Positions 1 through 12,588 of a stretch of 64,000 nt of DNA are shown piece by piece; position 1 is the stretch's first letter; every line of letters begins with the position of its first letter. The stretch lies in NCBI GenBank assembly GCA_951406725.2, contig OX597820.1, positions 32,178,001 through 32,242,000 on the forward strand, given 5' to 3'. The stretch is from Octopus vulgaris. Its lineage: Eukaryota. The translations under genes and the position numbers were made by a program. The notes under the pieces are model-generated. The model was not told the DNA's origin. It saw only the letters and a list, made by a program, of their open reading frames with translations, and ran no database searches.

Positions 1-53
1 GTACAACCTTCTACATTACCCGATGGTGTTGTGTCGGAATTGTTGTTTTATTA

Positions 54-258
54 GTGGTAGAAGTGGTGGTGGTGATAGTGGTCGTAGTGGTGGTGGTGGT
101 GGTGGTGGTGGTGGTAGTGGTGGTAGTGATGGTGGTGGTTGTGGTGGTAGTAGTAGCAGTAGTAGCAACAACAAGTAGTATTAGTAGTAGTAGTAGCAGT
201 AGTAACAGTGGTGGTGATAGTAGTGGTGGTGGTGTGATGGTGGTAGTAGTAGTAGGAA

Positions 259-320
<62 letters not shown>

Positions 321-1015
321 ATGGTGGTTGTAGTAGTAGTGGTAGTAGTAGTTGCAGCGGTGGTGGTGGTGGTAGTAGTAGTAGTAGTAGTGATAGTGGT
401 GGTAGTAGTAGTAGTAGTGGTGGTGGTGGTAGTGGTGATGGTGGTGGTAGTAGTAGTGGTAGTAGTAGTGGTGGCGGTGGTAGTAGTTGTAGTAGTCATC
501 GTTGCAGGTGTTTAACCATGGTGCATTCTGGAGCAAGCAGATATTCTGATCCAATGTTTGCCATCCGTGACTATCTCTCTTAATTTTTTTCAGGAATAAT
601 GTATCTAGGACTACACCATTCAATGTAACCTTCATTACTACCAGATGTTATGGTGTGATTAGTGGAAGATTTGACTGCTATTTCTAACTCCATCGTACTT
701 TCTAACGACTATGGAGGTGGTGATTGTACAGTTGGATGTGTTTGTGGGGGTACTGTTGCTGTTAGGGTTCTGGTGATAGTAGTGGTGGTGAAGGTGGTGG
801 TGTTGGTTGTGGTGGTGTTGGTTGTGGCGGTGCTCCTGATGGATGGTAGTGGGGGTGATGGTGATGGTGTTGTTGTTGTTGGTGGTGGTAGTTGTGGTGG
901 TGGTCGTCATGGCGGTGATGATGATGATGATGATGATGTTGCTGCTGATGATTGTGGTGATGGTGATGGTGGTGGTGGTGGTGGTGGTGGTGGTGGTGGT
1001 GGTGGCGGCGGTGAC
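54..1015. repeat. Mixed trinucleotide low-complexity arrays (GTA/GGT/GAT/GCA)
   Basis: Direct reading; explains the poly-T/V/H/Y ORFs at 11-1039. A short unique spacer lies at about 515-690. Confidence 0.95.
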
Positions 1016-1134
1016 TGTATAGTCTTCTAATGGTGACACATAATGGCTGTGCTTGGGGGGTGATGATTGAAGCGGTGGAGGCGGAGAGGACGACAGAGAT
1101 GTTTTTAGGAAATGGCGTTAAATGATAAGCGTTA

Positions 1135-1135
1135 C

Positions 1136-1188
<53 letters not shown>

Positions 1189-1590
1189 AAGAGAGAGAGA
1201 GAGAAAGAGAGAGAAAGAAAGAAAGAGGAGGGAGAGAGACAGGGAGGGAGATTGAGAAAGAAAAAGAAAAGCAGATTGAAAGTGATAGAGAGATAGAATG
1301 AGCGAGCGAGAGAGAGAATGAGTGTAAGAGAGAGAGATGAGGGAGGGAGGGAGAATGAGAGAGAAAGAGAAAGCGAGGTTGTGAGAGAAAAAGTGAGAAT
1401 GAAAGAGAAATGTAGCTAGAGAGAGGGAGAGAGAAAGAGAAAGAAAGAAGGAGAGGGAAAAAGAAGAGGGGGAGAGAGAAAAAGAAACGTAGAGAGATTG
1501 TCGGTATAGACAGAAGACAAACAGATAGAAAGATAGATAGATAGATGGAGAGAGAGAGAGAAAGAGAAAGAGAGAGAAAGAGAGAGAAGG
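1135..1590. repeat. (GATA)n followed by a GA-rich purine tract
   Basis: Direct reading. Confidence 0.9.
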
Positions 1591-1789
1591 AGACAGGTGT
1601 AAAAAGACGGTGCAACAGCAACTACGATACCTGCCGCAGCAACAGCAGCAGCAACAGCAGCAGCAACAGCAGCAGCAGTAGTTTCTAATGAATTGAAAAG
1701 TACTTCTATCTCCAATATAAATATCGCCTACGGCATTCCTCTGCATGCATTTAGTTGACAACCGTCGCCATTATCACCTACACACCACC

Positions 1790-1856
1790 ACCTGCGCCAC
1801 CGCCTGCGCCACCGCATGCGCCACCGCATGCGCCACCGCTTGTGCCACCGCCTGCA
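1790..1856. repeat. 12-bp GC-rich minisatellite (TGCGCCACCGCM), about 5 units
   Basis: cctgcgccaccg/catgcgccaccg tandem units. Confidence 0.9.
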
Positions 1857-2098
1857 TCACTGCCTTCTTTCTCACTTTCGAACCCTTTTCCGTTCTCCAT
1901 CTTCCCTATCCCGTCATACTTTTTTTTATATATTTTTTCTTACACACACACACACACACATGACAAGCACACAGATAAGCAGATACATAAACATACACAC
2001 ACACACACGGACATATACACACACATTTATACATGCATATATACATAAATGAATATATATATATATATATATATATGTACAAATCATATGTGTATAAA

Positions 2099-2134
<36 letters not shown>

Positions 2135-2458
2135 GACAAGAGTGTGAAGTATTTGTATACATATTTTTTCTTCCCATGGTGTATCCAGCGTTTCTTTCCG
2201 TTTCAGTTTTTCCTCTTGAAGACATATGTCATAGCCTCGAGTCATTTATAATTATTTATAATTATTCGTTGAGCACTCTCAGTGAAGATATGCATGCTGT
2301 ATGCATGTGTGTATGCGATGAATGCATGAATGGATGGATGCATGTATGCATGTCGTTATTCAGTTTTATTTCAAGATTTCTTGCCAATAGAGAAAAAGTC
2401 GGTTTCTAACCTTGATCCAAGGTTTCTTCATTGGAATTTCAATATTAACAACAGGATA

Positions 2459-3227
2459 GGCGGCGTGTTGGCAGAAACGTTAGCACACCGGGCGAAATGC
2501 CAAGCGGTATTTCGTCTGCCGTTACGTTCTGAGTTCAAATTCTGCCGAGGTCGACTTTGCTTTCATCCTTTCCGGGTCGATAAATTAAGTACCAATTATG
2601 CTCTGCAGTCGATGTAATTGACTTCAATTGACTTAATTCCTTTGTCTGTCCTTGTTTGTCCCCTCTGTGTGTAGCCCCTTGTGAGCAGTAAAGAAATAAG
2701 AAACGTTAGCACGCCGGGCGAAATGCTTAGCCGTATTTCGTCTGCCGTTACGTTCTGAGTTCAAATTCCACCGAGGTCGACTTTGCCTTTCATCCTTTCA
2801 GGGTCGATAAATTAAGAACCAGTTACGCACTGGTGTCGATATAATCGACTTAATCCGTTTGTCTGTCCTTGTTTATCCTCTCTGTGTGTAGCCCTTGTGG
2901 GCAGTGAAGAAATAGGTATTTCGTCTGCCGTTACGTTCTGAGTTCAAATTCCACCGAGGTCGACTTTGCCTTTCATCCTTTCAGGGTCGATAAATTAAGA
3001 ACCAGTTACGCACTGGTGTCGATATAATCGACTTAATCCGTTTGTCTGTCCTTGTTTATCCTCTCTGTGTGTAGCCCCTTGTGGGCAGTGAAGAAATAGG
3101 TATTTCGTCTGCCGTTACGTTCTGAGTTCAAATTCCACCGTGGTCGACTTTGCCTTTCATCCTTTCGGGGTCGATTAAATAAGTATCAGTTACGCCCTGG
3201 GGTCGATTTAATCGACTTAATCCCTTT
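2459..3227 (+). mobile_element. tRNA-derived SINE family B, tandem multimer of about 4 units
   Basis: Head GGCGGC..TGGCAGAAACGTTAGC (A box-like), GAGTTCAAATTCC (B box-like), central GCCTTTCATCCTTTCGGGGTCGATAAATTAAGTACCAG (resembles the MetaSINE-type domain). Internal units restart at about 2699, 2916 and 3100. Confidence 0.92.
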
Positions 3228-3356
3228 GTATATATGCAAGTACGTGAGTGCATGTATGCATTTGTGTGTATGTGTTTATGTGTGCATGTGTAATGAATGG
3301 TTTTTGTTTGTCTAAATTTTTATATGTTTATGTGTATGCCTTTATATAAGTAGATG

Positions 3357-3682
3357 TAAAGGGCAAAGATCCCCTTCGATCATGACTGACCATGAGATTC
3401 CACCTAGAAAGTTTCCTCGCTAGGCGCAAGTACGGGCAAGGTTGTTTATGGAAGAGCAGCAGTCGCCCATGAATACCAGCATCCCCTCTCTTCACCACGG
3501 ATGTTATCCAAAGGAAAAGCAAAGGCCGATACAGCTCGGCACCAGTGACATCGCAACTCATTTCTACAGCTGAGTGAGCTGGAGCAACGTGAAGTAAAGT
3601 GTCTTGCTCAAGAACACAACACACAGCCCGGTCCGGGAATAAAACTCACTGCCTCATGATTGTGAGCCGGACGCTTTAACCA
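3357..3682 (-). mobile_element. tRNA-derived SINE family C
   Basis: Homologous to 35881-36140 (+) and 61076-61265 (-); degenerate tRNA head near 3630-3682; TTTRCCCTTT-type tail. Confidence 0.85.
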
Positions 3683-3907
3683 GCGTTTATATTGGTTGCC
3701 TATTTCTCTGGAGACTGTCAGAATGATGCAGACGCCACTGAAGAGAAGCCAATAAAGTCCGAAAATCGATTGAGGTTGTTCATCGTTTTTCCCATCTGCG
3801 GAGAAATGGCTAAAATTTGCCCTGTTTATAATTATACCATATGTTACACAAACACATACCCACATGCACACACACACACACACACATGTATATGTATACA
3901 TACATAC

Positions 3908-3965
<58 letters not shown>

Positions 3966-3999
3966 GTATGTATGTATGGTGTTTATCTACTCTTTATGC

Positions 4000-4320
4000 A
4001 AAGTCTGACCACCTCCTGTATCTACACCTCAGATCCATCATGGCGTCTGATGTGGCTTTTTAAACCAGACCCTGTATTGAAAAGACACCCACATAGATTG
4101 CATGTCTGATTTGGACCACCAAGAGCGGCTGTTAAGTTCTGATCTTTGTTGATCTTAAAATATCTGTTGGAGCCTCTATTAGATTTACAGAGGTGTGTAC
4201 AGATATACTGGCAGAATAGTTGGTGGAAGTTCGTTTTTCATGGGTCAGTAAACGAGATTTGAGCCCAGCAAAAGAAAGGCATGGTCTGTCACAAACTGTG
4301 CACGCAAAAAGGTCACATAC
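4000..4320 (-). mobile_element. 3' fragment of an RTE-type LINE with decayed C2H2 zinc fingers
   Basis: Minus strand reads CTVCDRPCLSFAGLKSRLLTH and, after a frameshift, CNLCGCLFNTGSGLKSHIRRH; similar to the finger at 26168-26298. Confidence 0.6.
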
Positions 4321-4346
4321 ATACACACATACACTCGTGTGAGTGT

Positions 4347-4392
<46 letters not shown>

Positions 4393-4790
4393 ATAGTCGT
4401 TCCAGTGCCAGACATCCAGGGTGGCGTATTGATAAAACTGTTAGGAAGTCTTGCATGTTGCCTTGTGGTATCTAAACCGCTCCTTTGTGTTCTAACCGCA
4501 ACATCTGCGAGGACACTGATGCCACGCTGTTGCGATCCTGTTGCTGCCCCTTAAACATCAGCGGCCTAAATAAGTGAGTTTTACATGAATATATAACATT
4601 GCATAACCCTGCCTTTCGGAAAGGACCTTAGTCGTAGAAACCCACGTTGGCCGTAACTGAAGCAGCCCTTCATACAAGTTCAGTATCGATTTTCCAGATT
4701 CTTTGGTTCCAAAGGTTTTCGGATTGTTGATTTTTCTGAACCAGAGTGGTCACCTTGGTTTAACACACTCTAAATTAAACAAATTAAAGC

Positions 4791-5243
<453 letters not shown>

Positions 5244-5262
5244 TTAAAAGAAAATAACATAC

Positions 5263-5445
5263 TCGTACACTTGTATGAAGGATACAAGTATATTATCGCT
5301 GTACTGTGCAAGGTGCTGGCCAGTGTAAGACAATATTGAAATGATGTTGGCAGCCTCAGGAATCTGAAGTTTGTACTCGTAATTAATGCGGATTGCTAGA
5401 GGTTCCGGATCATCAGCGTTCGGAAAGACGGTGTGGTATTTATAG
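5263..5445 (-). CDS. Putative internal coding exon (183 nt, phase 2-2) of an unidentified gene: YKYHTVFPNADDPEPLAIRINYEYKLQIPEAANIISILSYTGQHLAQYSDNILVSFIQVY
   Basis: Non-repetitive, stop-free, protein-like composition; acceptor atatcAG, donor GA|GTATGT; phase matches the upstream exon 6397-6505. Confidence 0.65.
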
Positions 5446-5564
5446 CTGATATTTGTGATAAACATATTTTGTGTTTACAACGAGAATATTTCATCGTGAA
5501 ATGCTTTAGCAAAGGGCTCAATGGAAGGGAATGATTTCAATTTTTAGAGCAAAATATCTTTTAT

Positions 5565-5617
5565 GATTTGCTTGCTTCAGTCATTGGTGTTCGGCCATGC
5601 AGGAGTGTTGCCTTATA

Positions 5618-5663
<46 letters not shown>

Positions 5664-5700
5664 GCCTGTCTATCTATCTATCTGTCTGTCTGTCTGCTTG

Positions 5701-5773
<73 letters not shown>

Positions 5774-6128
5774 GTGTCTGTGTGTGTGTGTGTCTGTCTG
5801 TCTGTATGTCTCTCTGTCTGTCTGCCTGTCTGTCTGACAATCTGCTTGTCTGTGTTTCAGCTTGCCTTTTTTTGCCGAACCATAAAGTTACGACAACGTA
5901 GGCAAACCAAAGCTGGTTTTCAAGCAGTGGTGGGAAACAAACGTAAATATAAACACACACACACACACGCACGTATTTATATTTAAGAGAGGCTTTCACA
6001 CGAATTTCACAAAGCACTGATCGGTTCAGGGCTATAGTAGAAGACACTTGACCAAAATGCCGCGCAGTGGGACTGAACCCGAAACCGCATGGTTACAAAG
6101 CGAGCAACACAAACACATTAGCCATGCA
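5565..6128 (-). mobile_element. Degenerate SINE family A interrupted by (TATC)n/(TGTC)n
   Basis: Tail remnant cttcagtcattggtgttcggccatgcaggag near 5575; head remnant gcagtgggactgaacccgaaacc near 6064-6090. Confidence 0.75.
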
Positions 6129-6396
6129 TAGTACTCTGCGTAGAAACATTAAAATAAATGAAGTATTATTATGATCCAAGTCGGAATTAAATTATTTTTG
6201 ATTTTGAAGATTGAACGCTTTCAAGTGCATAGATTTTTGCACACAAGGAGGTGATCTTCGACATCTCTCTAGTTTTTGTGAGGTTTCAGCCGATTCCGGT
6301 GACTTTTAAGGCTGTGGCAACATTAAAGCTCTCATATTAGTTACTTTAACACCTGCTAATGAGAAATATCAAAATAAATATCAGAAAAATGCTCAC

Positions 6397-6505
6397 ACGA
6401 TGGCTACAGACAAGTTCTGTTTCTCATCTGTTGCCGACCAAATATCATCACAATTTCGACACCTTCCGACAATATTGTTGAATTTGGTGGTGTTCGCAAC
6501 ATAAA
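6397..6505 (-). CDS. Putative internal coding exon (109 nt, phase 1-2): YVANTTKFNNIVGRCRNCDDIWSATDEKQNLSVAI
   Basis: Long pyrimidine-rich tract upstream (about 6510-6575 on minus), AAG acceptor, donor GT|GTGAGC; splices in frame (GT+C = Val) to exon 5445-5263. Confidence 0.6.
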
Positions 6506-7651
6506 CTTTCGGTGTATAAATGAATGGATATGATAGACGGAGATGGAGAAGGGCAGAAAAAATGAGACAAGTACAATAACAAGGTGAGGTCTGTAGACCG
6601 AAAGGTGAACAAAGACGAATAATGAGAACAGGTAAATAGATACATAATGAAAACCTAAATGGGCAAGGATAGTAACAGAAAATTGCAAAATGACACCGAG
6701 AGATATTCGTATACATATAATATCTTTCGACTTATCGACAAAAATAAGACGAGTTGTGTAAAATAAACACAAATATAAATAATGTAGTTAACCAATTTTT
6801 GGAACTCCTTCATATTTTGAAAGAGAAGGCTATAAAAAGAATCCGTATTATTTAGTGAAAATTTCTTGCTAATGGTTTCCAAAGTTACAAACTTGACTGA
6901 GTATACACACAAAAAAGTAAAAATTTTAAAAATGGAGATCAGTTCTGAAATAATTTATTTATGTCATTCTTACACGTGTTTCAGCGTCTTAATCGGAATT
7001 TACATCATCAGAGTTTATTTCAGAATGTATTGTTGTTCCTTTTTCTTAGTTATAAAGCAAAAAAAAAAAAAGAAAAAAAAAAAACGGTGCCCCAGCATGG
7101 CCACAGCTCATAAGCTGAAACTAGAATCAATCAATCAATCAATCTGACAGCAAAAACATAACCAGAAAAATAATTAAAAGGCGCCTTGGCTATTTTTTTT
7201 TTTGTTAATATAAACTGATTGAAGATTATTTAGAAAGTAAATTATGTCTTTAATACCATAAAACTAGAATATAAAAATACTTATATCCGGTCAGGATTCA
7301 ACTGTCAGCTGGTGACAGATTTATGGCTGGGAAGTTTGACCAAACAAGGCTTACCAGGATTTCGTTTTAGCATTTAAACAAATTCATATGTATATGCATT
7401 TTTATATTAACTCTTATTTACATGAATGTAAATGTCTCCATAGCGATATCCAGAGATATGTACAAAAACAGTCTTACTTATGTTTTTTATGAACCTATGG
7501 TCCTGTGAAGTCGGGGCTAAGCCCGCTTTCCATGTTGAATAAAGTGACTAGGATCCCAACATCCCTCTTGAATGGTACACCGGTCCATCGCAAGGTACAG
7601 TCTGCTCATCTGAAAATATAAAGGGTGCAAACACAGTTCAGCTAAAAATGT

Positions 7652-7879
7652 GTGCAGGTGCCTAGTACAGGTGCCCAGTGCCGGTGCCCAGTGCAGGTGC
7701 CTAGTGCGGGTGCCTAGTGCAGGTGCCTAGTGCAGGTGCCTAGTGCAGGTGCCCAGTGCAGGTGCCTAGTGCAGGTGCCTAGTGCAGGTGCCCAGTGCGG
7801 ATGCCTAGTGCAGGTGCCTAGTGCAGGTGCCTAGTGCAGGTGCCTAGTACAGGTGCTTAGTGCGGGTGCCTAGTGCAGG
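7652..7879. repeat. 13-bp minisatellite TGCAGGTGCCTAG, about 17 copies
   Basis: Direct reading; contiguous units with point variants and no spacers. Confidence 0.95.
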
Positions 7880-8124
7880 GACAGCCTTCTCTCCTTGCAT
7901 CTGTCACATCCTTGATGTTACCCCGAGTTACAGAATAGGCGTAGAGAGCGTCAGTGCCAGTTCACGACAACATAGACACCTGAAATTATCAGCGAAAGCA
8001 TGGTGCAAGCAATCGGTTCATATTCAGCAGTTAGATTTATTTTAATTAATAAAAATTCCATGACTCATTACGACATACGTGGCAATAAATCACTTTATGT
8101 CTATCCCTCCCCTCATACGACAGT

Positions 8125-8370
8125 GTGAAAGCGTGTGGTCTAGTAGTAGGTTGTAGCGCTCACGATCGCAAGGTCTTGGTTTCGATTTCCGGAGTGGGTA
8201 GTTCATTGTGTTCTTAAGTAAAACACTTCATTTCCTGTCGCTTCAGTCCATTCAGATGTAAATGAGAATTCCTGCAGAGGGGAATTTAGAGGGGAATGTT
8301 GTGATGTCCGTCATTTATAAGCCCTGGAAACTGGATAATGACCCTTTGCATCTGGAGACTCGAGATACTA
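8125..8370 (+). mobile_element. Old degenerate tRNA-derived SINE
   Basis: GTGTGGTCTAGT A box-like, GTTTCGATTTCC B box-like, then a CORE-like ttgtgttcttaagtaaaacacttcatttc segment. Confidence 0.6.
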
Positions 8371-8972
8371 CGGGTTTAGTGATACCTAATTTAGAATAAC
8401 GTTACTTCATCATTCCTTTGTTTCAAAGAAAACTGAAGTTTAATTGAGATTTTAGATTTAAAGAATATCTATTCATTTCGTAAACAAAAAAGTTATCGTT
8501 ACAACGAACGACAAAACATTGATGATGTCACAGTAGTAGCAATCAAAATGTAAGATGGTCCTTGTGTTACTGTCGCCGTTTATTCAATGTGGTTAGCTAT
8601 TGGTTGTGCTACTGGCTTTTGATGTCTCTTGTTCGCCTTTCTGTTAATTACTTTTGTGTTAGTCCAGCACTTGGGTCAGCCACCGCCGGCCATTTTGTTA
8701 GTGGGTTAGCTGCGCTGAATATATAGGGATGGTTTGGCTTAGAAAGAAGCGCACCACTGATGAAATTGTTGTTGGAGTAGATTCTACGCAGTCTTGATTG
8801 CTCAGATATGTTTTATGACGTAGGTAATATTCTAACAAATCGTGACAACGGACATAGCGATCTGATTCCTAAATATTCTGATGCATTTTATAAACTCCGA
8901 GTGTACGGTAGGATATCTAACATTTCTGATTTAACAGAAATTTTGAGGGAACGGTCTAAGACGATGCCGAAA

Positions 8973-9390
8973 GGCGGCGAGCTGGCAGAATCAATAGCGC
9001 CTCGGGCGAAATGCTTAGCGATATTTCGGCTGCCGTTACGTTGTGAGTTCAAATTCCGCCGAGGTCGACTTTGCATTTCATCCTTCCGGAGTCGATAAAT
9101 TAAGTACCAGTTACGCACTGGGGTCGATATAATTGACTTAATACCTATGTCTGTCCTTATTTGTCCCCTCTGTGTGTAGCCCCTTGTGGGTAGTAAAGAA
9201 ATATGTATTTCGTCTGCCGCTACGTTCTGAGTTCAAATTCCGCCGAAGTCGACTTTGCCTTTTTATCCTTTCGGAGTCGATAAATTAAGTACCAGTTATG
9301 CACGGGGATCGATGTAATCGACTTAACCCCTTTGTCTGTCCTTGTTTGTCCCCTCTATGTCTAGCCCCTTGTGGGCAATAAAGAAATAAG
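8973..9390 (+). mobile_element. SINE family B dimer with target-site duplication
   Basis: Two units; flanked by taagacgatgccga (8957-8970) and taagacgataccga (9387-9400). Confidence 0.92.
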
Positions 9391-9682
9391 ACGATACCGA
9401 TATTTCCTTGTACGTGATTTGTACATTATTTTAGCGACCGTGGAAAAACGAAAGTTAGATTTGATTTCGGGCGGAAATTGAACACAAAGCGTAAGGAGCC
9501 AAAACCAACACCACAAACTGCGTAACGCTTCTGCCAACTCGTCATCTTATTAATGGTATTTAATATAAAAAAAGTAGCATAAGCAATATTCATCTGTATC
9601 CTAACAATAGTCTTTTGAAGCAAACGCCGAGGGTTCAAATAGGATAGGTCTCCTACTCCTCGTCCTCTCCCTCTTTTTCGCT

Positions 9683-9905
9683 CTTCTTCTTCTTCTTCTT
9701 CTTCTTCTTCTTCTTCTTCTTCTTCTTCTTCTTCTTCTTCTTCTTCTTCTCCTTCCTCTCCTCCTCCTCCTCCTCCGTCTTCTTTTTCTTCTTCTTCTTC
9801 TTCTTCTTCTTCTTCTTCTTCTTCTTCATTCTTCATTCTTCATCTTCATTCTCCTCCTCCTCCTCCTCTTCCTACCACTACCACTACCACTACTACTACC
9901 ACTCC
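9683..9905. repeat. (CTT)n/(CCT)n/(CTA)n array
   Basis: Direct reading; source of the poly-E ORF. Confidence 0.95.
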
Positions 9906-10004
9906 TTGTTGTTCCTCTTCACTTCCTCTTTTTATCATCATCTACCTCATGTTTGCTTTTTTTTTCTTCACTTTTTTCCTTTTTTTCTTTTCTTTTTTTT
10001 CTTG

Positions 10005-10240
10005 CCATATATTCTGGACATTCCAGCTTAGCTCAGCTGAAGCTCACGAATTTATTACATTTGTGAAGGCATGCTATTTTTCCTCGAGATTCTTCTACAT
10101 AACAGCCGTACAATTTACCAATTTATTATTGTCCATTCCAGCCACTCCTTGGCTTTGGGGAGTTTCGGTAGATGAAAAATTTTTAGCAATTTCTACGGAG
10201 AAATTTTTCGCTTTTGCTTCCTTTGGTTGAGTTTATTACT
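10005..10240 (-). pseudogene. Probable piggyBac transposase C-terminal remnant
   Basis: Minus strand gives ..KNFSVEIAKNF.. then, in another frame, GCYVEESRGKIACLHKCNKFVSFS*AKLECPEY, resembling the piggyBac Cys-rich C-terminus; stops and frameshifts present. Confidence 0.45.
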
Positions 10241-10461
10241 TTCCATATCGACAAATTCCACAATAGAACAACTCAGATTTTCTGAGAGGAGTTTGAAAAG
10301 AAACGTGCAATATTAATAATTTTCTACTAAGCGTTTTCAGGTGATCGATTAGAGAACGCACGCACGCACGCACGCACGCACGAAGGCACGCGCGCACGCA
10401 CACATATACACACGTACACACACTTATAAGGATACAGAAATAAGTGTGCACTTTAACACAC

Positions 10462-10519
<58 letters not shown>

Positions 10520-10699
10520 ATCTATCTTTCTATCTCTGTCTGTCTGTCTCTCCCTCTCTCTCTCTCTTTATCTATACATACACACAAACACACACACACG
10601 CACACACACACTCACTCATACACACACATACAAATATACATTCACATACACTGTTTTTCACGCTCCACTTTGTTCACAGCGCAGCATGTGTTGTATGTA

Positions 10700-10732
<33 letters not shown>

Positions 10733-10734
<2 letters not shown>

Positions 10735-10959
10735 TTCTTTACTGCTCACATGGGGCTAAACATAGAGAGGACAAACAAGGACAGACAAAGGGATTGAGTC
10801 GATTGCATCGACCCCAGTGCGTAACTGGTACTTAATTTATCAACCCCGAAAGGATGAACGGTAAAGTCGACCTCGGCGGTATTTGAACTCAGAACGTAAC
10901 GGCAGATGAAATACGGCTAAGCATTTCGCCCGGCGTGCTAACGTTTCTGCCAGCTCGCC
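10733..10959 (-). mobile_element. SINE family B monomer
   Basis: Reverse complement of the family B unit; a 3' partial copy also lies at 11177-11298 (-). Confidence 0.92.
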
Positions 10960-11020
10960 ATACATACATACATACATACATATATACATACATACATACA
11001 TACATACATACATACATACA

Positions 11021-11068
<48 letters not shown>

Positions 11069-11129
11069 CACACACATTTATACATGTATATATATATACA
11101 TGTATACGTGTAAACATGCGCACACTGAC

Positions 11130-11171
<42 letters not shown>

Positions 11172-11299
11172 TTTTATTTCTTTATTGCCCACAGGCGGCT
11201 AAACATAGAGGGGACAAACAAGCACAGACAAAGGGATTAAATCTATTACATCGACCCCAGTGATTAACTGGTACTTATTTAATCGAACCGGAAAGGAAA

Positions 11300-11763
11300 G
11301 TAAGTGTGTTTGTGAATTTATTACTTTGACTCCTCCAAGACTATCCAACAGACCTTGATGAAACTTGACACGTGTGTGTGTGGGATTTGGGTGGGGGGCT
11401 TATGCCCATGCGGTCACTTTATAAAAATCGATTTTTAATCAGCATCGATTTTTCAAAAGTCGTAAAATTTTGGCATTTTCCGCACTAGCCATCGTGACAT
11501 CAATTTGACGAAAAATGCCAAAATTTGATGAAAAATGTTTCATGGGTATAAACAGACAGCTTATTAACGGTAATGTATTTAGCATTTGCTAATTCTTCAT
11601 TTCAATGCGAATTGTTTTGATTTGCTAGAACTTATTAATTCAATTCGTTGTTTTAATTCCCCAGCGTTTCGGGTTGTGATTAAGTAAGACCGTTTTTTTT
11701 TCTCAAGACGATGAGGGGTGTCTACAAGAATACTGAGTGAAGTCTAGTTACCAGTTGATCTAG
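11300..11763 (+). mobile_element. Possible non-autonomous Helitron-like element
   Basis: gtgtgtttgtg..tcctccaagac..ttgatgaaacttgacac motif resembles Helitron-derived non-autonomous elements; ends near CTAG; no clear hairpin. Confidence 0.3.
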
Positions 11764-12358
11764 CAAGCGGCGCCTCATTTCAACCGATGAGCAATGACGC
11801 TGTTGAGCAGAAGGCTCCTAAAACGGTGCCCATTCTCTTCTGATGGCCCCATAAGCCTGTTAGTGTCTGGTATGCAGTTACCAAATATTTTACATTCAAA
11901 CATCAATATGCATATGCTTAAACGGAACATAAGCTTTCTCACCCTTTGCCACACATTAATAAACGATCGAGGAATCATATACCAGTTGTACTTTAATTGG
12001 GTTAACCTCAGGCAGCGTTGTTCATACACATTCTATCAACTAACCAGTCTTTAATTAAAATCATAGTGTATCTTAGACAATATTTATTACGTAATTTACA
12101 ATATAGTGGCTCGTATTAATGGCAATAGTTATAATAACATATTGTTTTAGCACAGGCTGGACCCGAAATCTATAATCAATGACATTTCAAACGTGACGAT
12201 CTTACCTTTTATTAGCTCATTGCCTGTCCAAAGCATATTCATAAATCTGTCCTAAACCTCCATGCTTGTTTTCAGGCTTTTAGTTAGCTCTGAGTAATAT
12301 AAAGCTTTGCTTTCTTTCACAAGCCCGATGTTATTTTGGTAGTTGAAGAAAATTAGAA

Positions 12359-12588
12359 GGCGGTGAGCTGGCAGAAACGTTAGCACGCCGGGCGAAATGC
12401 GTAGCCGTATTTCGTCTGCCGTTCCGTTCTGAGTTCAAATTCCGCCGAGGTCGACTTTGCCTTTCATCCTTTCGGGGTCGATTAAATAAGTACCAGATAC
12501 GCACTGGGGTCGATGTAATCGACTTAATCTCTTTGTCTGTCCTTGTTTGTCCTCTCTAAGTTTAGCCCCTTGTGGGTAGTAAAGAAGT
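12359..12588 (+). mobile_element. SINE family B monomer with imperfect TSD
   Basis: Full head and tail; aagaaaattagaa before and aagaaaactggaa after. Confidence 0.92.

Noticed and set aside
7652-7879. CRISPR-like array
   Set aside because: Contiguous 13-bp units without unique spacers, no cas genes, and a eukaryotic context.
8650-8800. Open minus-strand frame (IYSNNNFISGALL..GLTQK) ending at a GTAATT donor
   Set aside because: No pyrimidine tract at the acceptor, and its phase does not match exon 6505.
11750-12054. Overlapping ORFs of about 85 aa in unique sequence
   Set aside because: No recognisable motif and only weak splice signals.
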